A stretch of DNA of 64,000 bases, taken from Patellaria atrata CBS 101060. Its lineage: Eukaryota. The DNA lies in the NCBI GenBank assembly GCA_010093705.1, contig MU006112.1, positions 1 through 64,000 of the forward strand, written 5' to 3'. The position numbers and the translations under genes were made by a program. The notes under the pieces were generated by a model. The model worked only from the letters and a program-made list of their open reading frames with translations. It did not search any database and was not told the DNA's origin. Below are positions 11,200 to 24,110 of this stretch, piece by piece; the first letter of the stretch is position 1, and each line of letters opens with the position of its first letter.

Positions 11200-13372
11200 C
11201 TAATAAACCGGCCGTCCCTCATCCCACTTCCTAACCTCTTCGTTCTTTACCACGCTATTTTCTGCACTACCAGACGCCCCGAACCGCCCACTCTCCCTGC
11301 GTGCGGGGGTATCTTCAATCGTAGCCAACGGCCCGACCCACTCCCACACCCTCCCAACATCCCCACTCCTCCCCTCCCTAACCATAGGTCTCACGTTAGC
11401 GTTCCCCTCGACCAACTTCCTGACCCGTTCCCACAGCACGACCCTCCTCTTCTCGCTGAACTCCTCCCTCAGCACATCGTCCCTCAACTGCGCCATTCCC
11501 AACCAGGGCTCTTGCACCGCGCCGGGGCTCATCGCATGCATGGCCGCATGGGTGGCCAGGCGGTCGAGCGCGGACCCAGCGAGGGTCTTGGCGCGGGCTT
11601 CGGTGGCGCGGGAGGAGGAGACGCGGTGCCGGCTGTAGAGCGCGAGGGCCGGGATGAGGAGGGTGATTAGAAGCTTGCGAGAATGCGTGACCAGCGCGCG
11701 GAGGAGGGATCGACGGAGAGAGCAGCCGAGGCTGGCGGCGGTGAGGGAGTGGGAGCGGAGTCTGTGGGCGTGAGGGCGTCTCTGGTTAGTAATGCTCTTG
11801 TCAATATTCGTAATGTTTTTTTTTACCGGGAGCGGGATATTGGGCTGGTAGGAAATTTGTGGCGGGGATTTGGGAAGAAAGGTTATAAGTTTGGGGATAG
11901 CAAGAGATAGAAACTTACCCTACTGGCCCCGCTTTGATTTCATCACGTTGGACAATATCATCGATAGCGCCTTTCCAGAGTTCATCAAACTCGGCTTGCG
12001 ACCATTTCTTCGACAGACCTTGGGATGTAACACTCCTCAACTCCTCTTCAGTCATCTCGGGACTCTTTACATGATGGCCGGATTTGTCCTTCTCACCGCA
12101 TTCGAATGCGGCATTGCGCTCTCGAAGTTTCATCGTAGCCCTATCCGCCACTGACTTGATTCTACGAGCTTTCTCACTGTCTGGTTCACATGTTGGAGGT
12201 AATGGAACAACGCCCCCAATGGAAAGGGGATGAGGCCTGAGAACAAAGTCTTTCTCACACTCCGTCTTAAGGTCCGAGTAGCAGATCGCATGTGAAGGAC
12301 ATGCCTCGCAAGAAGGTAAGAATTCCCTTGCCCATTCCGGAATCTCCTGTCCAGCAAGTGAAGTAGATTCGCCCTTCCCAACTCCGCAATATCCGACTTC
12401 GAGCTTTTCCTGGCGCCATAGAAATGCCAGAACACTTAGAAGGATCATGAGTATCGAGACTGGAGCAGCTGTAGATACTCCAGACGATCGATGTTTTCGT
12501 CGACGTGAAGGGAGAATGTCGGCTTGGCCAGCTTTGGCACGCTCACGTATGAGCTCTAACTGCTCTTCAGGTGTGAATTCTTCACCCGCTACTACGCCAT
12601 GGTCGTCAACAGACTCTTCCTTCTTGGTTTTCTTGAATGAGACTTCAAATGTTTTTCGCGATGGCACAATGATTCCGTCTTTGGCCTGTGGTCTTGTCGG
12701 AACGCCCTCTGTCCTCCTTCTACTAGAGCTCTTCGGTCTCTCCTTCACATGTCCAAGGGTGGTACGCCTCCTGTAGTCCTTTGATTCGGGAGCTGGTGGC
12801 GAACTACCACTTTGGAATGGATTGTCTGCGGTGAAAGGGCTTTCCGCATCATGTCTATGCCACGTCTCAGGTTCGGTATTTTCTTCCTTGATTTCTCGTT
12901 GAACACTATTCCTCGACCTCCGCACGGCTGGGCGCAAATCCGGTTCTGCATCGGCGGGGAGCGCATGCTTAGTCGACATCTTTTTGGCTGGTGCTCTTGC
13001 AGTCGATGTGCGCGAGGCTGTAGACATTTCTGTATCCGCTGTGCCCGCCCTCATTGACCGTCGCGTGGAGCGCGTCGTTTTAGGAGGTTTCGGTAAGATC
13101 GTGTCCTCATCTTCCTCGTCTACCGTGCTATCTTGACTAGATGGTACATCCTCTATTCCTCTAGCTGACCGTTTTGTCCGCGAGTGAGATTTGAGTAACT
13201 GCTTCGCTTTTGACGCGACACTCTTATTGAAGAGTTCGATTAGGTCTGACTTCTTCGCGGATGCTGGGTAAGGTACATCATACTCAACTAAGATCGATCG
13301 TAATCGCGGGACTGTGAGCGACGCTGGGTCGAAGTCTGGCGCGAGATATGCTACGTCTGGTTCGAAAGACAT
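11200..13372 (-). CDS. SRC1: Inner nuclear membrane HEH/LEM-domain protein Src1/Heh1 (MAN1-like)
   Basis: N-terminal HeH domain FDPASLTVPRLRSILVEYDVPYPASAKKSDLIELF, then TM1, a Cys-rich lumenal region (CEACPSHAIC), TM2 and an MSC domain (QLRDDVLREEFS...LWERVRKLVEGNANVR...VWEWVG). Intron 11918-11762 restores the frame. Confidence 0.9.
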
Positions 13373-13993
13373 GGTGAGCTTGGACGGAAAGTGACGTAGA
13401 TAGCTTTGGAATTAGCCAGTCGAAACAATGGTGAATGAGTACGAATATGAAAGTCCGCGCTCTAATTAAAGCAATAAGTTCCAAGTTGGAGAAATAAGAA
13501 GAGAGAAAATAGAGTTGGAAGAGTAGAGGAGCTATCTTATCGTGAAGCGGGATGCGCCCGCGTGCGGTTGAGAATAACAATGGAAGGCAACCGTGGTTGT
13601 GCCAAGCAAACTTTGGTTTTAAACTTACATTACTGTACGTCCGATACTTTCAATACGGACCTCGTACGCCTCAGTAAGGTATGGAACAACTTTTTCTCTA
13701 ATACAGTAAACATGCGTTATACCGCGATCAAGACCGTGGTAATATCTTCTTGTATTAGCGTATATCAGCCTTACTGTATGCTTAAGGTACCATCAATGAA
13801 GACTTACAATTAAGCTGTACAGATGGATCAAAAGTAGGAAAATTGGTATTCTTGAACAACATAACTGCGTGTACGGCAAGCATATAATACCCGAGGAATG
13901 CTAACCACGACTAGGGAGGATATATATTCAATGATACTACTATAATTCATAGGGATATCAGCCGTTAAGGTAACTATTACCGCAGCAACAAAA

Positions 13994-14933
13994 CTATTGC
14001 TTCAAGTACTCCTCAAACCACTGCACCGCCTGCAGAAACGCCTGTTCCTTCGCAAATTTCTGCACCTTATTCTTTGGATCGCCCCTCACTGCAAATCCAT
14101 GCTGGACGCCGGAATAGAGATTGATCTGCCATGGCGTCTTCTTCTCGCGCAGTATCTCCTCAGACTTACGACGGAGCTCGACCGTGAATATCTCATCCGT
14201 TTCTGACCACATCAATCAGTCTCTTACTATTTCCCCATAACTGCGACTGAGTTATACTACTCACCAGCAGCAACGATACTCAATGGCCCATACGCTCCCC
14301 TGATCTCCTCCTCGGTCACAAAGCTCGGATGCGCCATAAAACCAACATCGATCTTGCCCTCTTTCAGGTATCTTGCGACATACTTCCCGCCAAAACAATA
14401 ACCGATTGCACCGACCCTCTTAGCACCTAGCGGCCCACGTAGCTCATTGAGCGCTGCCTCGACGATTGGGTCGACCCTCTCTGTACCGTGACCCTTGAGC
14501 CATTCGGGAAGAGAGAAGCCGCCGGGTTTGTTGAGAGGGACGGGGTCGCCATGGAAGAGGTCGGGCATCATGACGAAATAGCCGTTGGCGGCGAGTTGGT
14601 CCGCGATGCTACTGCCTGTCAGTATCGGTTCTGCTAAACGCCCATACGAGTCCCATGTGGAATGGTATTTGTGCTACAGAAAGTGGGTGGCTCGTACAGT
14701 TGCGGATTAATAAAGTCAATTCCAATGACATCCGTAAGTATGAGAATGGCGTTCTCAGTACTCCCATCTTTGGGATAAGAGTAATACGTGCGAACTATCT
14801 CCCTTCTTAGTTTCCTCTCTAATTCTAATTCCAACAATCACATACCGTCACCAAGACTGTTAATTTCTCCGACTGATGATCCCTCATGCTTGACACCGGC
14901 GTAACAACAAGCTCCCGGAGGATTGGATGCCAT
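13994..14933 (-). CDS. Dienelactone hydrolase family protein (Aim2-like)
   Basis: N-terminus MASNLPGACCYAGVKHEG, nucleophile GYCFGG, AHPS motif and YSGVQHGFAVRGD. Multiple short introns. Confidence 0.9.
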
Positions 14934-15640
14934 ACTGATCGCCTCGAATCAATTTACTGTACTTATGAAATGTGTAAAGTGCTTTGGATAGTCGTGCGCG
15001 GGAATCAAAATGAGAAGAACTTTATCACATTTATATCATTTTGGGAGCTGCCTTTTAGCGATTGACGCAATCAGATATCGCATCCGATGCACCATTACAG
15101 ATCCCGGTAACGGCCCTGAGAAATATCGACAAGGGTCTGCTGAAGCCCCACTTCAACGTTGCCGCGGCTTAAAAGCGGACTTTATAATCCAAATATATCC
15201 GTTCACGTTGTATTTCCCCTATTCATATCTATAATGCAACCGGAATATGGATGGTAGCTGGGTGAGATTCCTCATGATAGTAAGGTAACATTGCCTCACG
15301 CCCATCAGCAGTAAAATAGCTAAACCTGCGAAGCTATTACTGAGAGAGCCATCTCCGAATATATCACCCTTGAGCCGGTAAGAGATTATCTAGCAGCGTT
15401 ATATCGCAATGGAGGGTACGGGGAAGAGGACAACACGGCTTGGATCGATGAGCATTATTCGTTCGTGTACATGATGGTGAATATGTCATCACTGTGATTA
15501 TTTTTGGACCTCTAATCCCACCGAGACTTCCCAGCCGTCGACATCTCATCCACTACTCATCAATTGTCGGCAAGGCCTTAAACCCACATACATCACGAAA
15601 GCCAATCGCCTAGAGAGACCCATATGCAATAAGAAAGCAT

Positions 15641-16743
15641 CTAGAACACTAAAGCAGCACCCTTCGTCTTCTTGTCACCACTATAACGACACAAGTCAGT
15701 AAGGATGATTAAAAAGAGTACGATATGTAGATTGACGTACCCTAATTCGAAGTGCTTGCATCGCTTGAGCGCCAGTTGAGCCTTGGTCTTGCATTGTGTG
15801 CATTCCAATCTCAACACGACCTTCTTTGTTGTCTTTGCCTTCTTGTGGAAAACGGGTTTAGTCTGACCACCATAACCACTCTGTTTTCTGTAGATGCGAA
15901 GTTAGCGAACGAGCTTATCTTCATAAAAGAAGTATTCAATTGTGAATAGAGATTGTACCAATAAAGTGCAAGGCGAAGGAATAATAAATGAAAATGGGCT
16001 AGCTGTCGCCTAAACCCGGTCTTTGGGACACACGCGGAAACCGGAAGTTTGGTTGTGATGTATTTGGGTGGAAAGATGGAGGAAAACAAGTAGTCGACGT
16101 CTGGAAATATAAAATAGTGTGTGTGCTTACCTATCGTAACGCCTCTTTCCCTGGGCGAATAAGGAGGCCTACAATATCAGACCTATCCTCTTCCTATTTA
16201 GGTAATACACCATACCTTGCCAGCTTTGTATTGTGTGACCTTATGTTGAGTGTGCTTCTTGCAATCCCTGCCTTTGCAATAGGTGCGCCTAGTCTTGGGA
16301 ATGTTGACCTAATAGAAGACTATAGTCAGTATCTGCTTTCGTCTCGAAGGTCTGTAAGAGCATCTGGATTCGAGAGACTGGCGCCCAGAGCGGTGGAGCA
16401 CAATATTCGGCCGTTGTACATCTTTTCACATTGAATGATATGTTCCGGATGATTCGCAAAGTCAGACCGTCGCTAATCGATATACATTCAACTCTATCTC
16501 TCACACGCCACTAGCTTCTCTTCTTTCCCTGACCTTTGTGACTTCTGCCTCAACCCAATGGTTCATAGAGAGCTGTTTTGTGTGAAATTCTCTTGCAGCA
16601 GCCTGGTTTATGGCCCGGCAGAGATGGTGATGCCGAAGATTGGAGGTTTGGGTGTCCTCCGATTGAGAAATGTACCGGCTGTATCGCAAGGCACCAGTCT
16701 CTGATTGCTCCCAGAAAGATAAACTTGGAGGCGAACTTACCAT
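15641..16743 (-). CDS. RPL42: 60S ribosomal protein eL42 (L44/L36a)
   Basis: The first exon is ATG only. The spliced product reads [106 protein letters not shown]. Four introns, including 16740-16309 (432 nt) and 16130-15888 (243 nt). Confidence 0.97.
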
Positions 16744-16948
16744 CTTGATTGATTTGCAGAGGCCGAAAGTGTTAGGTAGGGCGGTTGTTATCGATGCAGT
16801 TCCAGGACATTGTGGTTGCGGTTGCTCGCCAAATTGGTTTGTGGGGTCTTGGCAAATCCACGTGACAGATATTGTTCGAAGTGCCCCGAGCGTCAAGTAG
16901 TTAGGGTACGCGACCTCCTTCATCCAGCTTCACGTCTGCTCTCTTTCG

Positions 16949-17140
16949 GAAAACTGAACTTCCACCACCTTATTCGAAATTTCATATCGCACACGAATCT
17001 TCGAGATTTTTCATTGTGGTCTTAGAAAAAGTATTAATTTATGCTCTTACTGACTGTTAAGCAAATGATCAAAAAAAATCACGCCCTTTTGAAGAAATCG
17101 GACAGCATTATTTTTTTTTTTGCCAAGTTTTGGGACATAT
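16949..17140. repeat. Solo copy of the dispersed ~150-200 bp non-coding repeat family
   Basis: GAAAACTGAACTTCCACCA...TTTCATATCGCACACGAATCTTCG...AAGCAAATGATCAAAAAAAATCACGCCCTTTTGAAG...GCCAAGTTTTGGGACAT. Block order is the same as in the copies at 52695-53312. Confidence 0.85.
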
Positions 17141-17560
17141 AGTACGCAGGCTCTCCTAGGAGGCCCTTTGACAACGTCCTTAACTTGATATTCTATCTAC
17201 TACCTGATTGTCTAGGAGCCGGGCTGTATCTAAAAGAGATTCCACGTAACAGTAATCTTTTTAAGGCAATAAAAGTCAGAAGAAACAGAAAGGATCGAGT
17301 TTATAAGCTAGCACCGATCACAAGCAATCATTATCTGATTTTGCTCATACCAATGCTTGTACTACCGTATAATGAAACAATACCGAAAGTCGCGTGAATG
17401 AGTACCATATGGGTATCCGCTTAGACCACAAGTCTAACGCTCAAAAAGAATGCTGTAGTCCTCCACCATATGCTTCGTAAAGAATCCCTACTTCCAATTC
17501 CTTACCTTCCCGAATACGCTTTCCAAACCAGTCCTTCTTAAACTCCCCGCGCAAATTCAA

Positions 17561-20500
17561 TCAGAGACTCTCCCACCCCCCATTGTTCACTTCCTGTTCC
17601 AGCTTCCTAGCGACAATTGTTGGAACCTGATGCATCAACCATGCCTGCCTGAGGCTGCCATCATATCTCTTTTGACTTAAGAATAAGCGATGCTTTCGAC
17701 GGATATTATTACTGCTTTCAATTTCACCAAAACGATCAAGGAACGGGATCTGCATGAAGCAACCGCCGTGGCGGTGACTGAGAAGAATCACAGTGAACTT
17801 GCGCAAGTTTAGGAACATGCCCACACTGCCGCCGCACCTGTATGATAGTAATTAGCATTGTTTTAAAGAGATTGAAGACGGATTGCAAGGCTTAATCTTG
17901 GTAAACTTACTGGAGTCTATGCCTTTGAGCTCCCCCCAGTTTATCGACTAAACAGCAAGTCCCCTGGCTACACATCACATCACCACAAAACAAGCAGAGG
18001 ACCGCGTCTGTGATTTCTTTCCCTGTGGTTGGACATCTGGTCGCGATTTGATGGCGCATAAGGTAATCGAACGCTTCAGGTAATCCTATCAGTTCCATGA
18101 TCCCGGGATGACTCAAAGATATAGTTGTGGGTTTCCAACACCTGTTGATGTAAGGGCTTTCGCTACGATTGTTTCCACGAGTATTCGCTTGATTCCAGAT
18201 ATAGTGCTGAATCCATCCATTGACGATGTGCCGAGCAACGATAGCATAGTCTCGGTCTGAGCTGAACATTGCGAAGACCTCATTCAGAGTCGGTAAATGT
18301 AGAAACTGTGTCAAACGGTGGAGCTCGGCAGAATTAGGGTCTGAGCCGAAGGTAGGAAACTCCACACCATATCTGACATTCATCAGAACGAGAGATTTCC
18401 TTAAGAAAGTGAGCGCATAACTGGGTATTAGCATGTGAAGACGGCGTTGGAAAAGTGGATCTCGGTAACCTCCATAGCGATCACTAGGGTCATCAGGATC
18501 TTGAACGGATAGTTTTGCGCGCCCACATTCTTGACCGATGCAAGTCACGAAACGTTCGAAATTGTGTGGTTCATCAGGGCCTGTTTCGAGCTGGATCTCC
18601 TTCTCGACAAGCGCATCGGCTTCCCTGTGCGTCAACGGCATACTACTTAAATCTGCTTGCTCCAGGTATGCGACAACAACACGGACGATCTCGGCGATAT
18701 AGCAGAGCCGCATGATGTGATGAATGTCGAACCGCATCGCCGGAGCTAGGCAAGCAGAGCATTCTGCCAAGAAGATGAAGGAATCTATGGACAACAACGG
18801 TGTAATAGAGATGGTTTCCGATGGCAGTTCCTCGGGGTTATAGACTACCGGATGTCCCAAAAAGAGTTGTTGTAATTGCCTTGTTTGTGTGTCAATATAT
18901 TCCTTTCCAGCTTTATTGGATCCGTTATTCCTAAGACCACCGACAGCCAGATAAGACGATACTGTTTCAGACAAAACTCGGAGATGTGTCAACGATTGCA
19001 TGGATATCTTGTCTAAAAGTGTAGATCCAGAATCAGACTGGGCTCCACGCTGTGCAATCTCAGCTGCTGCTATTGAAAAGCCCAGTGTCCGAGCGAGCGT
19101 ATCTGTATAGGTCAGATCTTCAACGTGTCCAAGAGGAGTATTCGAAGCTTCATGTCGAGTATATAGGCCATTAACCCTCATAGTGTCTCTCAAACGCTGG
19201 TATATTCTTACGAGTTCCAACATAGGCAAAGAATGGCTTGCCGCCTGTCCACCGTCGGATAATACCGGCGCGTGTGGACCCGGCTCATCAAGGGGCATAG
19301 GGATGAATGATGGTATAGATAGTCGATGTTGTACATGTGAAGGGACCACCGGGACATAATTAGACCGTGTAAGATCAGGCAGTTTGTCTGCAAGAGGTGG
19401 TATGATCTCTTGAGTCCCATAGTCTAAGAACAGCCTCTGTAGACGCAGGTTCAAGGATGAAATATTGTCCATGCCTGTTTTTTCTGGGCCTTTCTCGAGC
19501 TTGGAAATCTGCACAGGTACGCCTTGAACCAACCATTCGTCGAAAGGAACTTCGGTTTGAAGGACACCAGGATATGTCAGTACCTTGCCCTTCCAGATCA
19601 CTGGCAAGAATGCATTGCCAAGGGCTTTGCACAACGGGCAGACGAACTCTTTCATATCAGGTCGCTCGGGATGATTTCTTGCAATTTGGTTGATATGCCG
19701 CCGCTGTGTTGCTTGCATGTAACCTTCAAAACATGAATAATGCATCATGTGTGCGCAGCCAATCGTAACGGGTCCATGGTCGGTCATGCCTTTGGGAAAG
19801 CCTTTTCCGAGGCCTCGATATTCTTTGATCACCTGTGTTCCGTCCGGTTGCATACTTTCAACCGTGTACTTATTGCGTCCGGAAACACCAAAGGGTCGGA
19901 TGTCTTCTGCAGATCGGTCAAGGTTGATCGGGCACTCAGCGACCTCAGATATCCAATCAGAGTCGGTTAGATCTGTCTGTCTCATGATGTTACTCTCTGT
20001 CATGAACGCGAACGTTCCATAGAGACGCTCGTCATTGGTTTCTTCTTGACAATAAATGCAAGTTCCCGTCGGATACTTCCATATATGCTCCTCCCCTGGG
20101 TCCATGCTCTCATCTTCTTCTTCTTCGAGATCACTGAAGTCCTCTTCGCCCCAATCTATCGCCTGGTTTGCCATAAAGCTGCTCTGTTGCTCTTTAAATT
20201 GAGCCATCACTCTAGCTTGTCGTTCCAAGGCCTGCTTCTTCTTCAGCTCCTTATCTACCGCAGTATTCGAGGCGGGAGATGCTGTGTCCATTCGGTCTGG
20301 GCCTAGGTTCAACGCTGAGATAGCGGAGGCAAATGCTCTAGGCTGCTTTTGATGTATACGATGTACAATCAGCTTTACCTTAGCCTCGCAGGAGCGGAAA
20401 GAATCCATCGTTGACAGGGTTTGAAGGATGGAAATGATAGTCGAGTTTTCAGGAGACCCAAACGAGGCACGTTTAGTCAATGCCAGATTTACAAATGATA

Positions 20501-23500
20501 ATGAGTCAGGGCCCATATCCGCCTCTGGGGTTGTATCTTCCTTGACGGCTAGGAGAGTAAGATGCAGAATGAAGTGCAAGAATGCTTCTACTCTTGTTGA
20601 AGGTAGGGCACAGACCTCTGAAGACAGCAATGCGAATCTGAGAAAGCTGTATATGATCTGGGCGAAGATTGGTGTTCTGGTAAATGCCGGAAGGTCTTTG
20701 AAGATTCCCGAGGAGATTTCTCGAAGTTTGGGTTCGTACACAACATCCGTTACAGACTTCCCAGAGTTCTTTGCAGCATTCTTCTTGTATATATTCTCCG
20801 CTTCTTCTCGCTGATTTCTCGAATAATGCGCAATATAAGGATCGACAAGCTCGAGATATTCTGGTTTCAGTTCAAAGGTACCAGAGTCTGAAAGTCCTTC
20901 GGGAGGTCTAAACTTCGTCATCTCTCTGAGAATAGGCTCGTACTCTTCTGAACTCTGGGCAGGTTCAGGCAAGTGGCCGTGTATGCTCGAATTGGGTAAC
21001 GGTTTGAAGCATAGAATATGGGCGATTTCTCGTCGAATCAGGTAAGCGCGAGGGTTTGGACAGTCTTCAAGAGGTACAAGATTGGTCCGCTCGCTCAGAA
21101 GAATAATTAGAAGGTGAATGAAGTCCTCCGCAACGTCGATCTTTTGTTTTTCCTCCATCCCTGTTTGAATCTGGTAGTTACCGCGTACCCAATCCATGAC
21201 CTGAAATCGATCTATCATGGAAAGTAGAAAAGTTGCTGGAGAGCACACTATGAGTGCAACCTGAAGCATGAATATATCGCGTTGAAATGCATCGTACCTT
21301 ACCGTGAAACCTCGGTATTGAGTCAATTGGTGGCGAAGGGTGTGACCGTTTCGTACCCACATGTCGTTCTTTATCTGTGGAAACCAGGCAAGGAGCCTTA
21401 AAGGAATTTCGAACATTGCAAGGAGATACTGGTCCGATTGCAAATCCATTATCGTAGCCCTGGGTGGCGATGGTGCTTCTCGTAAGTCCTGTACGGAGAA
21501 TAATAATAGCCCTAGCAATTGTTCACGGTCCATTGCCTTGCCCCGATCTATCAACCATGACAGCATGTAATGTAGCGCATGGTGAAAGCTCATCGGTTCC
21601 TTGTCAACAGAAAAGTTAACAATCTCATACCCAGTACGGCCGAACATAGGGTCAATTGGATCGAAATCGAATGGTTGAAGAGACTTGAATCTGATCGCTG
21701 TTTTCAAATCCGATTGTTGAAATCGGCGACGTTCAGATCCAAGACTGTTGATGATCACAACCTTTGCGGCGTTTCGAATAGCATTGCAGATATACGTAGG
21801 ATCTTGGTCTCGTGTCCAGTGGAACGCTTCGGATACTAAGCGGCAAAGCTTGTTCACTTCCTTAGTTGCAATTGAAGCAGCGACCCAAGCATCACTCTCA
21901 TACTCGACATGCTCTCCAAGGGCTCGAACGGTTGGGCAGATTCCCTGATGCAGTTTTACAACGTCAAGGAATTGTAACAAGTACCTAGACTCAGTACAAA
22001 TTTTCTCCCGGACGTGTTCCAGGTCTAGCATGAACCTCGCGTCAGTATAGAAATGTCCTAAACGGCGGTTATTCACTGCGCCTGATTCGAAGGCAAGTGA
22101 TGCAAGGGGATTAATATCAGATGGGTAAGAGACTTGCCGCGTCGTGAGAAAAGTGTATAGGATAGAGAATAGGTTCGTGAGAAGGTTGCCGCGCTCGGTG
22201 ACTTCAACTGCTATAACTTGAGTATTCAACATATGTGAACTTAATTTAATGATCGAGTGATCAGGTTCCCGATCTGCAATTAGATATAATTGAGCGAGAG
22301 GAGTGTACAAGCCCGCAAAACGAAGGGAGAGCAAACGCTTAAAGGACGGGACTTGAACAGTGTTTCTGACGAGCATATCACGTAGCTCTTTTCGAGCATT
22401 CTTCCACATCCGAAGGTCATAAAGTATGAGGAAGTCGAGTCGTACCCTTTGCCATAAATCCTCATGGGGTTGTAGATCTCTTCTCATATTATACAATTTA
22501 GGTTTTGCCAGCCAGTATTTAGGAGGTCGAACTTGCTTTACTGCCTTGACTCGAACCCGCGTCGTCCTAGGTACGTTCGTGTAAAGAGTCGTGAGGGCGT
22601 CATGAGAGGATTGTGGTTCTCCTTCGTCAGAATCCACAGGAGTCTGAGTCGGATCATTGGCCCTAGGATCTGCTGGAGCTGGTGGTGGAGGAGGTGGAGG
22701 AGGATACCCACCAAACGTCGTGTCCCTATTCTCGGGGCTATCATCTGGTCCGTCTACATCTGACGTATCCATCTCCATGTCAGCGTCTTGATCGATCAGG
22801 TCAACATCCATATCATCTTCATCATCTGCATCTTCCACGTGTTCGTCATCATCATCCCATGCGTCATCATCTTCATCGTCAGCTCCTTGTGGACGGGAAA
22901 CCGTCCTATTACGATTATTAAGTCTTTCCCCTTCAGTCAGATCCTTGTCTTGATCGTCTGGTAAGTCTCGATCATCCCTCTCACGGTCATCGAGTCCATC
23001 TTGCCCGATAGATGCACGATGTGCTTTGCTCCCGACCCGCCATCCTTTGAGCATCTCTTGACAAAGAAAAGTTCTTAGTAAGTTACCGTTCCCATTAATA
23101 TGGAATGAGGCAATATCTTCTAACCATACTAAGATCGTATAGCACATTTGCTCTCGGAAGGTATCCCTAGATGACCTAATCGTCGTAGTTACCTTGATTT
23201 CCTCAATGATTTTGGAGATGTTTAGTAGTTCTTGAAGGTTCTTAGAATGAAGGACAATCGCACGTCCAACCTCATCACATTCTTGAGCTTTTGCAAGCCC
23301 AAATGATTTTCTCTCCTTACATGCTCTGGCAATCTGTTCTTTTAAATCTTGAATTGTATGTTTCTCATCGTTCCATACGATAAGTGAAAACTCTTGCTCT
23401 TCTTCGGAAGCGGGAACATCTTCAGACTCATCTCCATACCATCTAGAATTGAGTCTCGATAGTCTTTCATCCTCTCGTATTGCTATTTCCGCCTTGGGTA

Positions 23501-24110
23501 GGCGTAACTGTTCGGGTGAACAGGAAAATACATCACACACGAAGTCTAATGCTCTCGCAATTGTCATTCGAACGCTCTGGAGTAGATCATCGGGGAGATC
23601 AGAGCCATCTTTACTCTTTCCGGTAGATCTTGATTTGGAGCTAGATAACTCGGAATGAATGCTGCAATGAGGCCGTCGTACCCATGCTTCGTGGTCGCCG
23701 CAGTCGCAACAAGCCGAAGCGTTTAATGCGACTCCGGGAACGACGACGTGGCCTTCATGGTCCGAGGCGAGTAGACATCTTTCACAGAGCACACAACAAT
23801 CATCTACAGTGCAAGTTTTGCATCTGTAGGTAGATTCCCCAGCAGAGAAAAGATGCCCACATGCAGCTCCCCTGGCTCCTTCTGTGTATTCCGAACCAAC
23901 CGTTATTCTATGTGCTTTCTTGAGGTTCCAATCATTAGGAGAGGACCCTGGAGTACCGTTTGGGAAGAATAGATGGAGCCAGTGTCCATTTGAGAGGTGT
24001 GAAAAGAGAAGTTTCAGAAGCTCGGCTTCTGATTGTCCTGTATACCGGTTTCCGTGATGTTTGGGGAGGTCTCGAAGCGCTTTACAGAGGTCTAGTTCCT
24101 TTTCTGACAT
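17561..24110 (-). CDS. UBR1: N-end rule E3 ubiquitin ligase (N-recognin)
   Basis: UBR box (CGHLFSAGESTYRCKTCTVDDCCVLC...HEGH...CCDCGDHEAW), ClpS-like segment WNDEKHT and RING-H2 (CIYCQE...GCAHMMHYSCF...EFVCPLCKALGN). The last exon follows an intron at about 17910-17839. Confidence 0.95.

Noticed and set aside
15840..15880. Cycloheximide-resistance variant of eL42
   Set aside because: The sequence is GQTKPVFH with Pro at the P56 position, the ordinary sensitive type.
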